A stretch of DNA of 61,019 nt, taken from a virus (lineage: Duplodnaviria > Caudoviricetes). The translations under genes were made by a program, and so were the position numbers. Location of the stretch: positions 1-61,019 of IMG/VR virus record IMGVR_UViG_3300031576_000044; one strand, written 5' to 3'. This document shows, one piece after another, positions 28,755-38,935 of the stretch. The notes below the pieces were generated by a model. That model was not told where the DNA came from. It did not search any database and saw nothing but the letters and a program-made list of their open reading frames with translations. Each line of letters begins with the position of its first letter. The stretch's first letter is position 1.

Positions 28755-31472
28755 ATGGCGATCGGAACCCCGAGCATCGCCTCGCCGGTGGACGGCTCCG
28801 CCGCCCTGAACTGGCACGAGCCGATCTGCCTGCGCCTCAGCGCCTTCGTGGACACGGCGCCGCCCTCGACCTCGACCGAGCGGCAGAACTGCATCACCGA
28901 CCTCGACGGCAACTGGACCAACTCGGTGAAGTTCACGAACGGAACCGAGTTCATGGACGACCAGGCGTCCGCAACCGCGATCGGCAAGGCGAACCGCCAC
29001 GGGTTCTCGGGGCTCAACTTCACCGCGTCACCAACGCTGATCCTTTCCAACCTGCTGCTCACGCTCGACTACCTGGCGGAGTGGACGACCCCGCCCAACT
29101 ACGCCGGCAACGTCTACTGCAAGGGGCTGCTCAGCTACAAGCAGCGCACGGTTCAGGTCTGCAAGTTCCCGACGCCCACCACGCAGTGGACGAACACGCA
29201 CACGTCGACGGTGACCTACCGCAAGAAGGTCTCGATCCTGGCGACCGTACGCGACATCCTCGGGAAGCGCAACGTCACGATCGGCGACGTCGAGGGCATC
29301 GCCGCCGACCTGCACGTCGTCGTGGCGGTGGCCGGCGCGCGGCACAACTGCACCAACTTCCACGCCGGCCCGCTCTCGCTCGAGGCCGTCTACTACAGCT
29401 CGAACCCGCTCACCCAGGTCGCCGTCCAGTGGCAGTTCGCGACCGACACCGGGTTCAGCAGCATCGTGTACGACACAGGCGTCGTGGACACGGTCGAGGA
29501 CTACCTGTGGCTACCCGCGGATGCCCTGCCCCCGGGCTCTACGCTCTACGCGCGAGTGAAGCAGAAGGCCAGCGACAGCACCTTCTCCTCGTTCTCTGCG
29601 ACCCGCACGTTCACGACGCTCAGCACCGCTGCGGTCGGCGTGCTCCAGCAGGGCGCGAGCACGGTCCTCGTCGCCGACTTCGAGTTGCGAATGTTCATCG
29701 ACGGATGTCGGTGGACCGCCGGAGGCCTCAACTCCAACATGTGGTACCTCGACCTGCCTCGGTCTGGGCTCCCCTCACCCGCCTTCCGCGTCCTCGACAT
29801 CCTCGAGGAGGGCATCGCCAAGGGCTACACGGAGCGGGCGGCGGACACCGACTTCGTCGGGAATGGCGAGTTCGCCTACCCCGTCGGCGTCAACGAACGG
29901 CTCTGGGTCCGCACTTCGGATGCTCGTCCGCCAGGCGGCTGCAGCGACCACGGCATCCAGGTCCTCGTCGGCTTCGGGCTCGCGAGCAAGGGGCTCCTCG
30001 CCGGGCCCGGCGACACCTACGAATACCGCGGGCTCATCAAGAACCAGCCGGCGATCCAGGATTCGATCGACGACCTGGTGAGCGGCCATGGCGCGATCGC
30101 CACCAGCGGCCTCGAGCTGGACAACGCGGACGGGTTCTTCAACGCCTTCCTCGCCAACGTTTCGCCCGACTACGGCTGGATCGCGCACCAGTGCCGGGTG
30201 CAGCTCAGCGTAGTCGGATCCCACAGCCTCGGCGTGACCAAGTGGGCGGACCGGCACGTGCTCTGGGACGGGCTCTGCGAGTGGGAGCGCGCCGTGGTCG
30301 ACGGGACGACCGTACGGCTCGCCCTCGCGTCGCGCAAGGCAGAGACCGAGGCGCGCCTGGGGGTGACCCGGTTCACGAAGGATGAGTACCCGAACCTGCG
30401 GGACGCCGACGTCGGCCTGACCATCCCGGAGATGTATGGCGGCTTCGACCAGGTGCGCGTCCCGGCCTACGTCGTCGACTACACCGGCCGCATCCTCCGC
30501 CCGGTCGTCAAGGCGACCACGGTGGTGCACTTGTGGGCCGCCGGCGGGTCCGTCGACATGGGGACCAGCGGCACGAAGTGGAGCTTCGACTCCACCACGG
30601 GGCACATCAACATCCTCACGGCGGGCAACACCGACTTCGACAACAACAAAGACGGCGACTTCCGCTGCGAGATCTCGGTCGGCGACCGTCTGACCAACAG
30701 CCAGAGCGGCAACCTGGCGCAGTGCATCCTGCAGCGCGGCGGCGTGCCGGCCTCGCGCATCGTCTCGGCGAGCTTCGACAAGTACACGAGCGTCGCCCAG
30801 CTCTACCTCAGCGAGGAGACCGTGGTGGGGGACCTGCTCCGCCAGCTCGCGGCCGTCGATGGCTTCCACGTGGTGCAGCGCGCGGATCAGATGATCGAAG
30901 CTGTCCCCGACGTCCCGGACGGCCCTGAAGCGCGCACGGTGATCATCCTCTCCAAGGACGTGATCTCGCCGCCTCGGTTCTCGATCTCGACCGACCACAT
31001 GTGCGCGGTCGGCTCGCTGCGGTTCAAGGACCAAAAGCACAACGCCCACAAGAACGTCGAGGACGGCATGAACAGCGGGGCCTACCCCTCGGACCTGCTG
31101 CCGACCGCGACGCGTGCCGCCACCCTCTACCAGATCCGGCGCGAGATCGCCGAGGACTCGGCGGCTGACGTCAAAGTCGACATCGGCGAAGAGGTACCCG
31201 TGGTCGCCCGCTACTTCGCCGACGCCGATCGGCCGCGGCTGCACCTCGAGGTCGACACGAGCCTGCGCCACGCGCTGGCGATCGCCGGCAACACGGCGCT
31301 CGTGAGCCTGGACGAGGCGCTGCTCCCGCCGACGCCGGTCTGGTGGCCTGCCGGCATCCCGCGGCGCTTCGAGTGGGAGCTGTGCAAGGTGCTGAGCCGG
31401 ACCCGTGGCCGGGACGGGGTGACGCTATCGCTGCGTTGGCTGAAGACGCTTCCGAAGACCATCCAACCGTGA
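28755..31472 (+). CDS. Tail hub/tip protein
   Basis: Position; LDNADGFFN, IPEMYG; N-terminal Ig/Fn3-like QWQFATDTGFSSIVYDTG. Confidence 0.6.
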   Translation: MAIGTPSIASPVDGSAALNWHEPICLRLSAFVDTAPPSTSTERQNCITDLDGNWTNSVKFTNGTEFMDDQASATAIGKANRHGFSGLNFTASPTLILSNLLLTLDYLAEWTTPPNYAGNVYCKGLLSYKQRTVQVCKFPTPTTQWTNTHTSTVTYRKKVSILATVRDILGKRNVTIGDVEGIAADLHVVVAVAGARHNCTNFHAGPLSLEAVYYSSNPLTQVAVQWQFATDTGFSSIVYDTGVVDTVEDYLWLPADALPPGSTLYARVKQKASDSTFSSFSATRTFTTLSTAAVGVLQQGASTVLVADFELRMFIDGCRWTAGGLNSNMWYLDLPRSGLPSPAFRVLDILEEGIAKGYTERAADTDFVGNGEFAYPVGVNERLWVRTSDARPPGGCSDHGIQVLVGFGLASKGLLAGPGDTYEYRGLIKNQPAIQDSIDDLVSGHGAIATSGLELDNADGFFNAFLANVSPDYGWIAHQCRVQLSVVGSHSLGVTKWADRHVLWDGLCEWERAVVDGTTVRLALASRKAETEARLGVTRFTKDEYPNLRDADVGLTIPEMYGGFDQVRVPAYVVDYTGRILRPVVKATTVVHLWAAGGSVDMGTSGTKWSFDSTTGHINILTAGNTDFDNNKDGDFRCEISVGDRLTNSQSGNLAQCILQRGGVPASRIVSASFDKYTSVAQLYLSEETVVGDLLRQLAAVDGFHVVQRADQMIEAVPDVPDGPEARTVIILSKDVISPPRFSISTDHMCAVGSLRFKDQKHNAHKNVEDGMNSGAYPSDLLPTATRAATLYQIRREIAEDSAADVKVDIGEEVPVVARYFADADRPRLHLEVDTSLRHALAIAGNTALVSLDEALLPPTPVWWPAGIPRRFEWELCKVLSRTRGRDGVTLSLRWLKTLPKTIQP

Positions 31473-31483
31473 GGACCTCCGCC

Positions 31484-32800
31484 ATGATGACGATCGCCGC
31501 CTTGGTCTCGAGCGTCGCACTGAGCGCGACCCTCACCCACGGTCCGCAGGTCGGTGCGCTTGGCCCCACTTCGGTGCGGATCTGGGCCCGGGCCTGCACG
31601 CTCTCCGCAAACGGCACGTGTAGCGAGGCCCCCACGGCGGTGCTAGTGCGCTACCGCCAGGCTGGCACCTCCGGGGCATGGTCCATCGCCGGTCCCGTGA
31701 GCGCGATCTGGAGCAGCGACTGGACGGCCAGGATCGACGTGACTGGCCTGCTCCCGAGCACGAGCTACGACTACGAAGTGGACGTGGACGGCACGATCCA
31801 GGCGGCGGACATGTTCCGGGCGCTCCCGGCTCCTGGGGCCAGCTTCGCGCGCCTCGTTGTCGGTGGGGACCAGTTTACCGGGCTGGACGGTCCGAACGAC
31901 AACGCGCCGCCGTGGACCAGCTACGACCACGCGCTCGCGCTCGACCCGGATGCGTATTTCTTCATTGGCGACTGGAGCTACCCGAGTGGGACGAGTCTGA
32001 GCAAGTACCGCCTCGCCTACCGGACCACGGCGGCAGAGACGCGGATGAGGGCGTTCCTGCGGCGCGTGCCGACGGTCGCCATGTTGGACGACCATGAGAT
32101 CCGCAACGACTGGGACAGGGGCACGGCCCCGCCCTATCCGACCGCCCTGCGGGCCTGGAACGAGTACCCGGGCAGCCTGCGGCCGGCGCCCTACCGCGCC
32201 GGGGTGCTGTACTACACGCTGCGGGTCGGCCCGGCCGAGGTGTTCGTGGCCGACTGCCGTACTCACCGCTCCCTGAACAGCGCGCCGGACGACGCAAACA
32301 AGACGATGTTGGGTGCGCAGCAGGAGGCTGATGTCGCGCAGTGGCTCTCCCTGTCGCCAGCGCCGCTCCGGATCTTGGCGCTGCCCGTTCCAATGTTCGA
32401 CTACCAGTGCGTCCCAGGGGTCAACTGTGCCTGCATCCTATACGCCTCCTGCATCGACCGCTGGACCAACTTCAAGGCCGCTCGCCAGCGCCTACTCGAC
32501 GCCATCGACGCAGCGGGCAGCACCCCGGTGCTGATCGCATCCGCCGATCTGCACGCGCCGCATGTCGCGCTCTGGACGCTGGCGAGCGGTCGCACCGTCG
32601 AGGAGTGGAGCGGGGCGCCGATCGCCGCGTTCTCTGTCACCACCCCGCTCGTCGGGCCGCAGACCGTGTGGAGCGCATCTGGGGCGGGAGCCGCCTGGAC
32701 GCTGCTCGACGTATCGGTGCAGCTCGGGCAGGTAAGCGTCGCGGCCTCGATCCGCGACAAGCTCGGCGCCATTCGCCACCAGGGGGTGATCACGTGGTGA
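31484..32800 (+). CDS. phoD: PhoD-family alkaline phosphatase/phosphodiesterase with a hydrophobic N-terminus
   Basis: HGPQVG..SVRIWAR, GLLPSTSYDY, IGDWSY, LDDHEIRND, DCRTHRS, TMLGAQQ..W, DRW, SADLH. Confidence 0.88.
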   Translation: MMTIAALVSSVALSATLTHGPQVGALGPTSVRIWARACTLSANGTCSEAPTAVLVRYRQAGTSGAWSIAGPVSAIWSSDWTARIDVTGLLPSTSYDYEVDVDGTIQAADMFRALPAPGASFARLVVGGDQFTGLDGPNDNAPPWTSYDHALALDPDAYFFIGDWSYPSGTSLSKYRLAYRTTAAETRMRAFLRRVPTVAMLDDHEIRNDWDRGTAPPYPTALRAWNEYPGSLRPAPYRAGVLYYTLRVGPAEVFVADCRTHRSLNSAPDDANKTMLGAQQEADVAQWLSLSPAPLRILALPVPMFDYQCVPGVNCACILYASCIDRWTNFKAARQRLLDAIDAAGSTPVLIASADLHAPHVALWTLASGRTVEEWSGAPIAAFSVTTPLVGPQTVWSASGAGAAWTLLDVSVQLGQVSVAASIRDKLGAIRHQGVITW

Positions 32801-33612
32801 GGCGCCTCGCTCTGCTCCTCATGCTCCTGCTGCCGCGCGTCGCGGTGGGAGCGATCGCGGTCAGCGAGCCCACAGCCGACATCAACTCGACGGCAAACGC
32901 CACGTCCTACGCGATGGCGGCCTTCACCCCGGCGGCGAACTCGTTCCTGGTGGTGATGGTGTGCGCCTCCGCCACGCTGGCCGCGGATACCACGATGAGC
33001 GGCGGTAGCCTGACATGGACGCTCCGGCAGCAGCAGGGCTGGGACACCACATCGAGCGCCTACCTCTACACCGCTCCGGTAGGAGGATCGCCAGCGTCCA
33101 CGACTATTACCTTCTCGTGCGCCTCGGACGCTGCGACCGGCGCGAATATGATCGCGTACGAGTTCACCGGCAGAGACCCCACCACGCCGATCGTGCAGTC
33201 GGCGAAGAACGGCGGCACCTCCGCGAACCCGACGATCACCTTCGCGTCGGCGCTGAATACGAACAACGGGTACGCGTTCGCGGTCTGCGAGTTCCTCAAC
33301 CCGCCGGCTGGTACGCCTCCGACGAGCTGGACCGAAATCGCCGATGCCGGGCACGGCACCCCGACGGCGGGAGCTGCGGGGGCCTACCGCGCAGGAGGCG
33401 AGACGGGCACGACGTACACCTACACGGTCGCGAGCGCCGTCTGGGCCTCTCTCGGCATCGAGATCGCCGTTGAGCCGCCGAGCGTGGGCCAGCCGACGAT
33501 GCGCCGGTGGGAGCAGGTGCCCGGCATGCCGAGCGGCCGAGGCCGCGGCGGGATCACCAGGTACCGAGACGAGCTCCCATGCCTCGGGCAGGGATGCGAG
33601 GTAGAACCATGA
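32797..33612 (+). CDS. Exported beta-rich tail-region protein
   Basis: Signal peptide MRRLALLLMLLLPRVAVGA; Thr/Ala-rich beta sandwich. Confidence 0.7.
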   Translation: MRRLALLLMLLLPRVAVGAIAVSEPTADINSTANATSYAMAAFTPAANSFLVVMVCASATLAADTTMSGGSLTWTLRQQQGWDTTSSAYLYTAPVGGSPASTTITFSCASDAATGANMIAYEFTGRDPTTPIVQSAKNGGTSANPTITFASALNTNNGYAFAVCEFLNPPAGTPPTSWTEIADAGHGTPTAGAAGAYRAGGETGTTYTYTVASAVWASLGIEIAVEPPSVGQPTMRRWEQVPGMPSGRGRGGITRYRDELPCLGQGCEVEP

Positions 33613-35690
33613 GACGGCGAGCGCTCCTTCCTCCTGCGCGACCCGGGCACGCCACCGCGTCAACCGCGTCCGGGGTCAGCTCCCGGCGCCCGATTTCTAC
33701 CTCCGCGGTGGCGCGCTTCCTTTTCCTCGCGCTCTTCCTCTTTGCGCCGAGCGGCGTCGAGGCGGCGGCCAGCGACGCGAGGCCGGTTCCAATCAAGAAT
33801 GCGGCGTTCCGGATCACGCTGCCGATCCTGGATGCGGATGGCGATCTCGTGACGGGGGCCGCGACGCCTGACTCCGAGTGCTCCTGTGATGGCGGGACGT
33901 TCGCAGATTGCACCAACGAAATAACGGAGGTCGCCACCGCCTCCGGTGTGTACACCATCGACCTCACGGCTGGGGAGATGAACTGCGACACAACCGCCGT
34001 GATCGTGAAGACGGCGACGGCCGGCGCGAAGACGACGCCGATCGTGCTCTACCCGGCAACCTCAACCGGCGAGGAGATCCCGGTGGACACACGGGCTGTG
34101 GCCGGCACAGCGCAAACAGCGCGGGACCTCGGCGCGAGCGTGTTGTTGTCGGACGGGACGGGCGCTGGCCAGATCGACCTCAACGCTGGCGCGGTGGTCA
34201 GCGTCACGACGGCGACCACCTGCAGCACGGCGACGACGTGCACGAACGTGACGAACGTCTCCAGCGGCGGCATCACGGAGGCGTCGATCGCCGACGGGGC
34301 GATCAACCGCGCGACCTTCGCCGCGGACACAGGCCTCCAGACCGCCCGGAGCAACACCGCCCAGGCGGGCGCCGCGACCTCGATCACCCTGGACGCCGGG
34401 GCCAGCGCGACCACGGACTTCTACGCCCCGAGCATCGTCTACCTGACCGGCGGCACGGGGGCTGGCCAGGGATCCCGCATCGGGACGGCCTACAACGGCA
34501 CCAGCAAGGTGCTCACGGTGACGCCGGCGTGGGCGACGAACCCGGACGCGACCAGCACGTTCGCCGTCCTTCCGATCGGCGCGGCGACGCTGGAGGCGTG
34601 GCTGCGCGCCGTGCCGAATGCCCTCATTGCCGCCCGCGTGGACGCGAACGCGCAGGCGATGGGGGTCGACGTGGTTGGCCCCAGCCAGATCGCCGCGGGG
34701 GCCATCACCAGCAGCGAGGCGCCGAACCTGGACGCGGCGATGACCACCAGGATGGCGACGTACACCCAGCCGGCCGGCTTCCTGGCGGCGACCTTCCCGA
34801 GCGGCACCGTCGCCAGCACGACCAACATCACCGCCGGGACGATCACCACCTGCTCGGCGCTTACCACGAACAACGACAAGACCGGCTACGCGCTCACCGA
34901 GGCCGACAAGGACGCCATCCAGTGGCTCCGCACGGGCACGGCTGACTCTGGCACCAGCTCCACCTTCGTCGATGCTGCCTTGACGGAGGCGGACACCGAC
35001 TACTTCCACGACATCGCGGTGTGCTTCACGAGCGGCAACATCCTCGACCAGTGCGCGCTGGTGACTGGCTTCACCCCGGCGAGCGACACCGTGGCCTTCG
35101 CGCCGCCGGTCACCCAGGCGGTCGGCACCCACACGTACGGCTTCGCGGCAGCCTCGGCGGTGAACGTGGAGCGGTGGCGCCAGGCGCAGCCGCTGGCGCT
35201 CGCCTCCGGGCGCCCACAGGTTGAGGTGGACGCCTACGACGCGGCCGTGGACACGTTCACCAGGATCGGCGCCCCGGCTGGCGCCTCGATTGCCGCGGAC
35301 CTCGCCGCCATCCAGGGCGATACCAACCTCTACGACGCCGACGCCGAGCACTGCACCGCGGTCTGGGGATGCGACGCGACGTCGCAGCAGACCCAGGGCA
35401 GCTTCGGCGGGACGCTCGGGGACCAAGCGGCGGACACCGACGACGTGTGGGCGCTCTCGAACAGCTTCATGGGCGACACCTTCGCCGAGCCAGGCCAGGG
35501 GACACCGGCCGCGACCGCGACGCTGGCGACCAAGATCAACTGGTTGTACGTCGCGTGGAGGAACAAGAAGACCCAGACATCCACGCTCTTCAAGCTGTTC
35601 GCCGATGACACCACGACCGTGGTCACCAAGGCCACGGTCAGCGACGACGCGACCACCACGACCGTGAACGAGCAGGAGACCGGGCCATGA
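33609..35690 (+). CDS. Fibre-like repetitive protein with a signal peptide
   Basis: ...ARFLFLALFLFAPSGVEA then ASDARPVPIKN..PILDADGDLV; two repeated beta modules; Thr-rich. Confidence 0.7.
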   Translation: MRRRALLPPARPGHATASTASGVSSRRPISTSAVARFLFLALFLFAPSGVEAAASDARPVPIKNAAFRITLPILDADGDLVTGAATPDSECSCDGGTFADCTNEITEVATASGVYTIDLTAGEMNCDTTAVIVKTATAGAKTTPIVLYPATSTGEEIPVDTRAVAGTAQTARDLGASVLLSDGTGAGQIDLNAGAVVSVTTATTCSTATTCTNVTNVSSGGITEASIADGAINRATFAADTGLQTARSNTAQAGAATSITLDAGASATTDFYAPSIVYLTGGTGAGQGSRIGTAYNGTSKVLTVTPAWATNPDATSTFAVLPIGAATLEAWLRAVPNALIAARVDANAQAMGVDVVGPSQIAAGAITSSEAPNLDAAMTTRMATYTQPAGFLAATFPSGTVASTTNITAGTITTCSALTTNNDKTGYALTEADKDAIQWLRTGTADSGTSSTFVDAALTEADTDYFHDIAVCFTSGNILDQCALVTGFTPASDTVAFAPPVTQAVGTHTYGFAAASAVNVERWRQAQPLALASGRPQVEVDAYDAAVDTFTRIGAPAGASIAADLAAIQGDTNLYDADAEHCTAVWGCDATSQQTQGSFGGTLGDQAADTDDVWALSNSFMGDTFAEPGQGTPAATATLATKINWLYVAWRNKKTQTSTLFKLFADDTTTVVTKATVSDDATTTTVNEQETGP

Positions 35691-35959
35691 GGCGCCTTCT
35701 CGTGTTCCTCTTCGTCGCTGGCCTGGCCTCGCCCGCTGGCGCCGACCTCGATACGAAGCAGAAGCGCGGCTCGGTCGTGAGCATGGGTCAGCCCGGCCGG
35801 CCCTGGCTCGCCGAGCCGGACGGGACGCTCGCGAGCACCGACCGCATGTCGCTCATGACCTACGCCGCTGCCGTTGCGCCGGCGGCGCCTGGAGGCGTGA
35901 CGGTACCGCCGAAGGTCTACTACTACGAGCAGCTGCGAGCGCAGGAGGGGCAGCCGTGA
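35687..35959 (+). CDS. Small exported protein
   Basis: MRRLLVFLFVAGLASPAGA then DLDTKQKRGS. Confidence 0.7.
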   Translation: MRRLLVFLFVAGLASPAGADLDTKQKRGSVVSMGQPGRPWLAEPDGTLASTDRMSLMTYAAAVAPAAPGGVTVPPKVYYYEQLRAQEGQP

Positions 35960-36150
35960 AGATCGTCTGGCGAAACTGCCCGGATTGCGGCGTCCGGCTG
36001 ATGCACTACGGCTACTCGATGCACCGGCAGACGTGCCTGACCGCATCGCCTGGCTCTCGCGTCTTCTACGCGCGTAACCGCCGCTGGCCTATCACGGTCG
36101 CCGAGTTCCACGAGGCCAGGAGGCTCAACACGCGGAGGCGCAAGCGATGA
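35956..36150 (+). CDS. Small basic zinc-ribbon protein
   Basis: CPDC...H..C; 4-bp overlaps on both sides. Confidence 0.55.
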   Translation: MKIVWRNCPDCGVRLMHYGYSMHRQTCLTASPGSRVFYARNRRWPITVAEFHEARRLNTRRRKR

Positions 36151-38132
36151 GGAAGCTCCTTGCGGTCGGCCTGTCGCTGGCTCTGGCGGCGCCCGCTGGA
36201 CCAGCGTGCGTCCTGAAGCAGAGCACGGCGAAGACCATCCGCGTCGGTCCCTTCGTGGACAAGACGGACGGCGTGACCGAGGAGGTCGGCCTCGCCACCA
36301 CGGGCACCGAGCTGTCGAAGGACGGCGGCGCCTATGCGGCCGGTCCGACGCTCGGGACGCACGACGCCGAGGGCTGGTACCCGCTGGCCCTGACCAGCGG
36401 CAACACGGACACGCTCGGGGAGCTGCTGATCAAGGTCCACGACGTCGCCACGCACCTGCCTCTGTGGCGGAGCTGCACCGTGCTGACGGCCAACGTCTTC
36501 GACTCGCTCTACGGCACCGGCGATGTGCTCGACGTGAGCACCATCCAGTTCAACGGGAGCGCCGTGATCCAGTCCGGCGGCCGGCCGGAGGTGAACACGA
36601 CGCACTGGGCTGGCGGCGCGACGGCCACCGACGACGTGGCTCTCGCGACGGCGCCGACCAACTTCGCCCTGTTCGAGGTCAACGCCTCCGGGCAGGTAGA
36701 CGTCTACCAGATCGAGAACGTGGACGCCACGAACCAGATCAACTCCGAGGTGGACGTCGCCCTCGACACGGCCATCCCGACCACGCCGACGACAGACTCC
36801 ATCAACGAGCGAGTCAAGACCCTCGACGACAACTACACGGCCGCGCGCGCGCCCAAGCTCGACAACGCCGACGTGGCGACGTCGACCAGGGCCACGCCGG
36901 CCCAGGTCGGCACCGAGCTCGACAACCGGCGGCTGGACGAGCTGGCCTCCGCCGACTCGGATCTAGACGGCGCGCAGCCCCCTGCGGTGGGCAGCTACTT
37001 CTTCGAGCTCATGTCGAAGTCGACCGGGAGCTTCACCTTCGACCAGACCACGGAGTCGACCGAAGCGCTGCGGGACCAGCTCTCCACCTACGCCGGCGGC
37101 GACACCGCGGGCACCACCACCCTGCTCTCGAGGATCCCCGGCGTCGTCCAGCCGCAGACGGGCGACTCCTACGCGCGCCTGGGGGTGCCCACGGGCGCGT
37201 CGACTGCGGCTGACATCGCGGCGGTGAAGACCGACACCGGCAACCTGGTGACCCGCATCCCCGATGGCGACCTCGACATCATGTCCAACCGCTGGCTCTC
37301 CATGATCCAGCTCGACGGCGCCGACTACGAGTACAAGCCGAGCGCCCTCGAGGAGGCACCGGGCGCGAGCGACCCGACGGTGCTGCAGAGCACGGTCATC
37401 GCGACCCTGGGGAGCCAGACCAGCCTCACCCTGACGGCCGGGTCGGGGGACGACAACGCCTACAACGAGGCGATCGCCATCTTCGTCGACGCCTCAACCC
37501 CGACCCAGAAGGCGGCCGTGGCGGTGCTCGACTACACGGGCTCGACCAAGACGGTCACCTTGGCCGAGGCGCCGGCGTTCACGATCGCGGCCGGGGACAC
37601 CATCCACCTAGTCGCGACCGGCCAGCCGTGGGACGTCGCCATGGCGGACCACCTGCTCGCGAACTCAACCGGGTCGAAGCTGAACTCGGCCGCGGCCGCA
37701 GGCGACCCTCTTTCCGCCAGCTGTCCAGGCGCGTACACCGGCAACCAGGTCGGCGCGCTCATCTGCTCCAAGCTGCCGCAGATCGGCTCGCTCGAGGTGA
37801 GCTGGACCGGTCCGTACACCGAGACCGGGGAGGTCGTCGTCACCAAGGGCGACGACACTACTCTCGACTGGGTGAACTCGACCGGGAACTGGGACACGCT
37901 GACCGGCGCCAGCATCACGCTCTACGTCTACCGCGGCCAAGTCCTGGTCCTGCAGAAGACCGGGAGCATCATCTTGCCGACGGGCGCACCAAAGCAGGTG
38001 CGGGTGACCCTGACCAACACCGAGACTGCGAGCTTCACCCCCGACAAGCACGACTACGTGGTAAAGGCCACGTGGACGGGTCCCGTCATCAAGACCCTCG
38101 CCCGAGGCGACTGGCAAGTGATCTGGCCATGA
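36147..38132 (+). CDS. Fibre-like protein with a signal peptide and C-terminal BppU-like domain
   Basis: MRKLLAVGLSLALAAPAGPA; LKQSTA..VGPFVD..LSKDGG; C-terminal KGDD...LTGASITL...LTNTETA...YVVK...TLARG. Confidence 0.7.
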   Translation: MRKLLAVGLSLALAAPAGPACVLKQSTAKTIRVGPFVDKTDGVTEEVGLATTGTELSKDGGAYAAGPTLGTHDAEGWYPLALTSGNTDTLGELLIKVHDVATHLPLWRSCTVLTANVFDSLYGTGDVLDVSTIQFNGSAVIQSGGRPEVNTTHWAGGATATDDVALATAPTNFALFEVNASGQVDVYQIENVDATNQINSEVDVALDTAIPTTPTTDSINERVKTLDDNYTAARAPKLDNADVATSTRATPAQVGTELDNRRLDELASADSDLDGAQPPAVGSYFFELMSKSTGSFTFDQTTESTEALRDQLSTYAGGDTAGTTTLLSRIPGVVQPQTGDSYARLGVPTGASTAADIAAVKTDTGNLVTRIPDGDLDIMSNRWLSMIQLDGADYEYKPSALEEAPGASDPTVLQSTVIATLGSQTSLTLTAGSGDDNAYNEAIAIFVDASTPTQKAAVAVLDYTGSTKTVTLAEAPAFTIAAGDTIHLVATGQPWDVAMADHLLANSTGSKLNSAAAAGDPLSASCPGAYTGNQVGALICSKLPQIGSLEVSWTGPYTETGEVVVTKGDDTTLDWVNSTGNWDTLTGASITLYVYRGQVLVLQKTGSIILPTGAPKQVRVTLTNTETASFTPDKHDYVVKATWTGPVIKTLARGDWQVIWP

Positions 38133-38323
38133 CCGAGACGACCCGTCCCCTCGAGGTCGCCCGCGCGGACGCGGTGGTCGAGGCGCGCTCGCTCGAGCGC
38201 GAGAGCCGGGGTCATCACGTCTCCGAGGTCGACCGCCTGATGTGGCGGATCGAGGAGGTGTGGCTGGGCATGCGGGGCCGGCTCCGGGGGCTCGTCGACG
38301 ACGCGAAGGCGAGGCGCGGATGA
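38129..38323 (+). CDS. Hypothetical protein
   Basis: ATGA-coupled ORF. Confidence 0.5.
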   Translation: MTETTRPLEVARADAVVEARSLERESRGHHVSEVDRLMWRIEEVWLGMRGRLRGLVDDAKARRG

Positions 38324-38673
38324 CGCCGGCCGAGGTCGCGCTCGGTGCGGCCGGCATCCTGCTCAACACCTTCTTGGCGCTCGTGGCCCTGGTCTACTCG
38401 CGCCGGGACAAGGGCAGCCAGGACCGCGAGGACCTGCGCAAGGCCATCGACGCGGTGGCAAAGGATCTCCATGACCACCAGCTCGCCTACGAGAAGCGGG
38501 TCGGCCGGTTCGTTGAGCGCTCCGAACTCGATCGTTGGGACGACTGTTTCGACGTGCTCACGGCCTCGATCGCCAGGCTCCGCGAGATCCTTGCGGCGCA
38601 ACGCGGACGTGCCGACGAGGTCGCGCACCCTCGGCGTGCACCCAAGGGGGGAGGGGACCTGGATGAACCCTGA
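38320..38673 (+). CDS. Single-TM coiled-coil protein (holin/antiholin-like)
   Basis: TM VALGAAGILLNTFLALVALVY plus coiled coil; upstream of the endolysin. Confidence 0.55.
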   Translation: MTPAEVALGAAGILLNTFLALVALVYSRRDKGSQDREDLRKAIDAVAKDLHDHQLAYEKRVGRFVERSELDRWDDCFDVLTASIARLREILAAQRGRADEVAHPRRAPKGGGDLDEP

Positions 38674-38935
38674 GGTCCCCCGCCTGCTCATCGTCGCCAG
38701 CGGTGTCCTCGGCGCGGCCGCCATGGCGACGCTCGCCCTGCTCTGCCGCAACGGTACGGACCCGGCGCGCGCGGCGTTCCGCCGGCTCTTCTGGGTCTGC
38801 TCGCTGTCGTTCCTGCTCAGCGTCGCGCTCCGGCTGTTCGCGTCGACCTGGTACTGGGGCGGCGTGGTCAACCTGTGGCTGCCGGCGCTCGCGGCCGCAG
38901 CGACGGTCCATGCGCTGCGCGGAGGTCGGTCGTGA
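38663..38935 (+). CDS. Small multi-TM protein (holin candidate)
   Basis: Three hydrophobic segments in 90 aa, directly before the endolysin. Confidence 0.55.
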   Translation: MNPEVPRLLIVASGVLGAAAMATLALLCRNGTDPARAAFRRLFWVCSLSFLLSVALRLFASTWYWGGVVNLWLPALAAAATVHALRGGRS

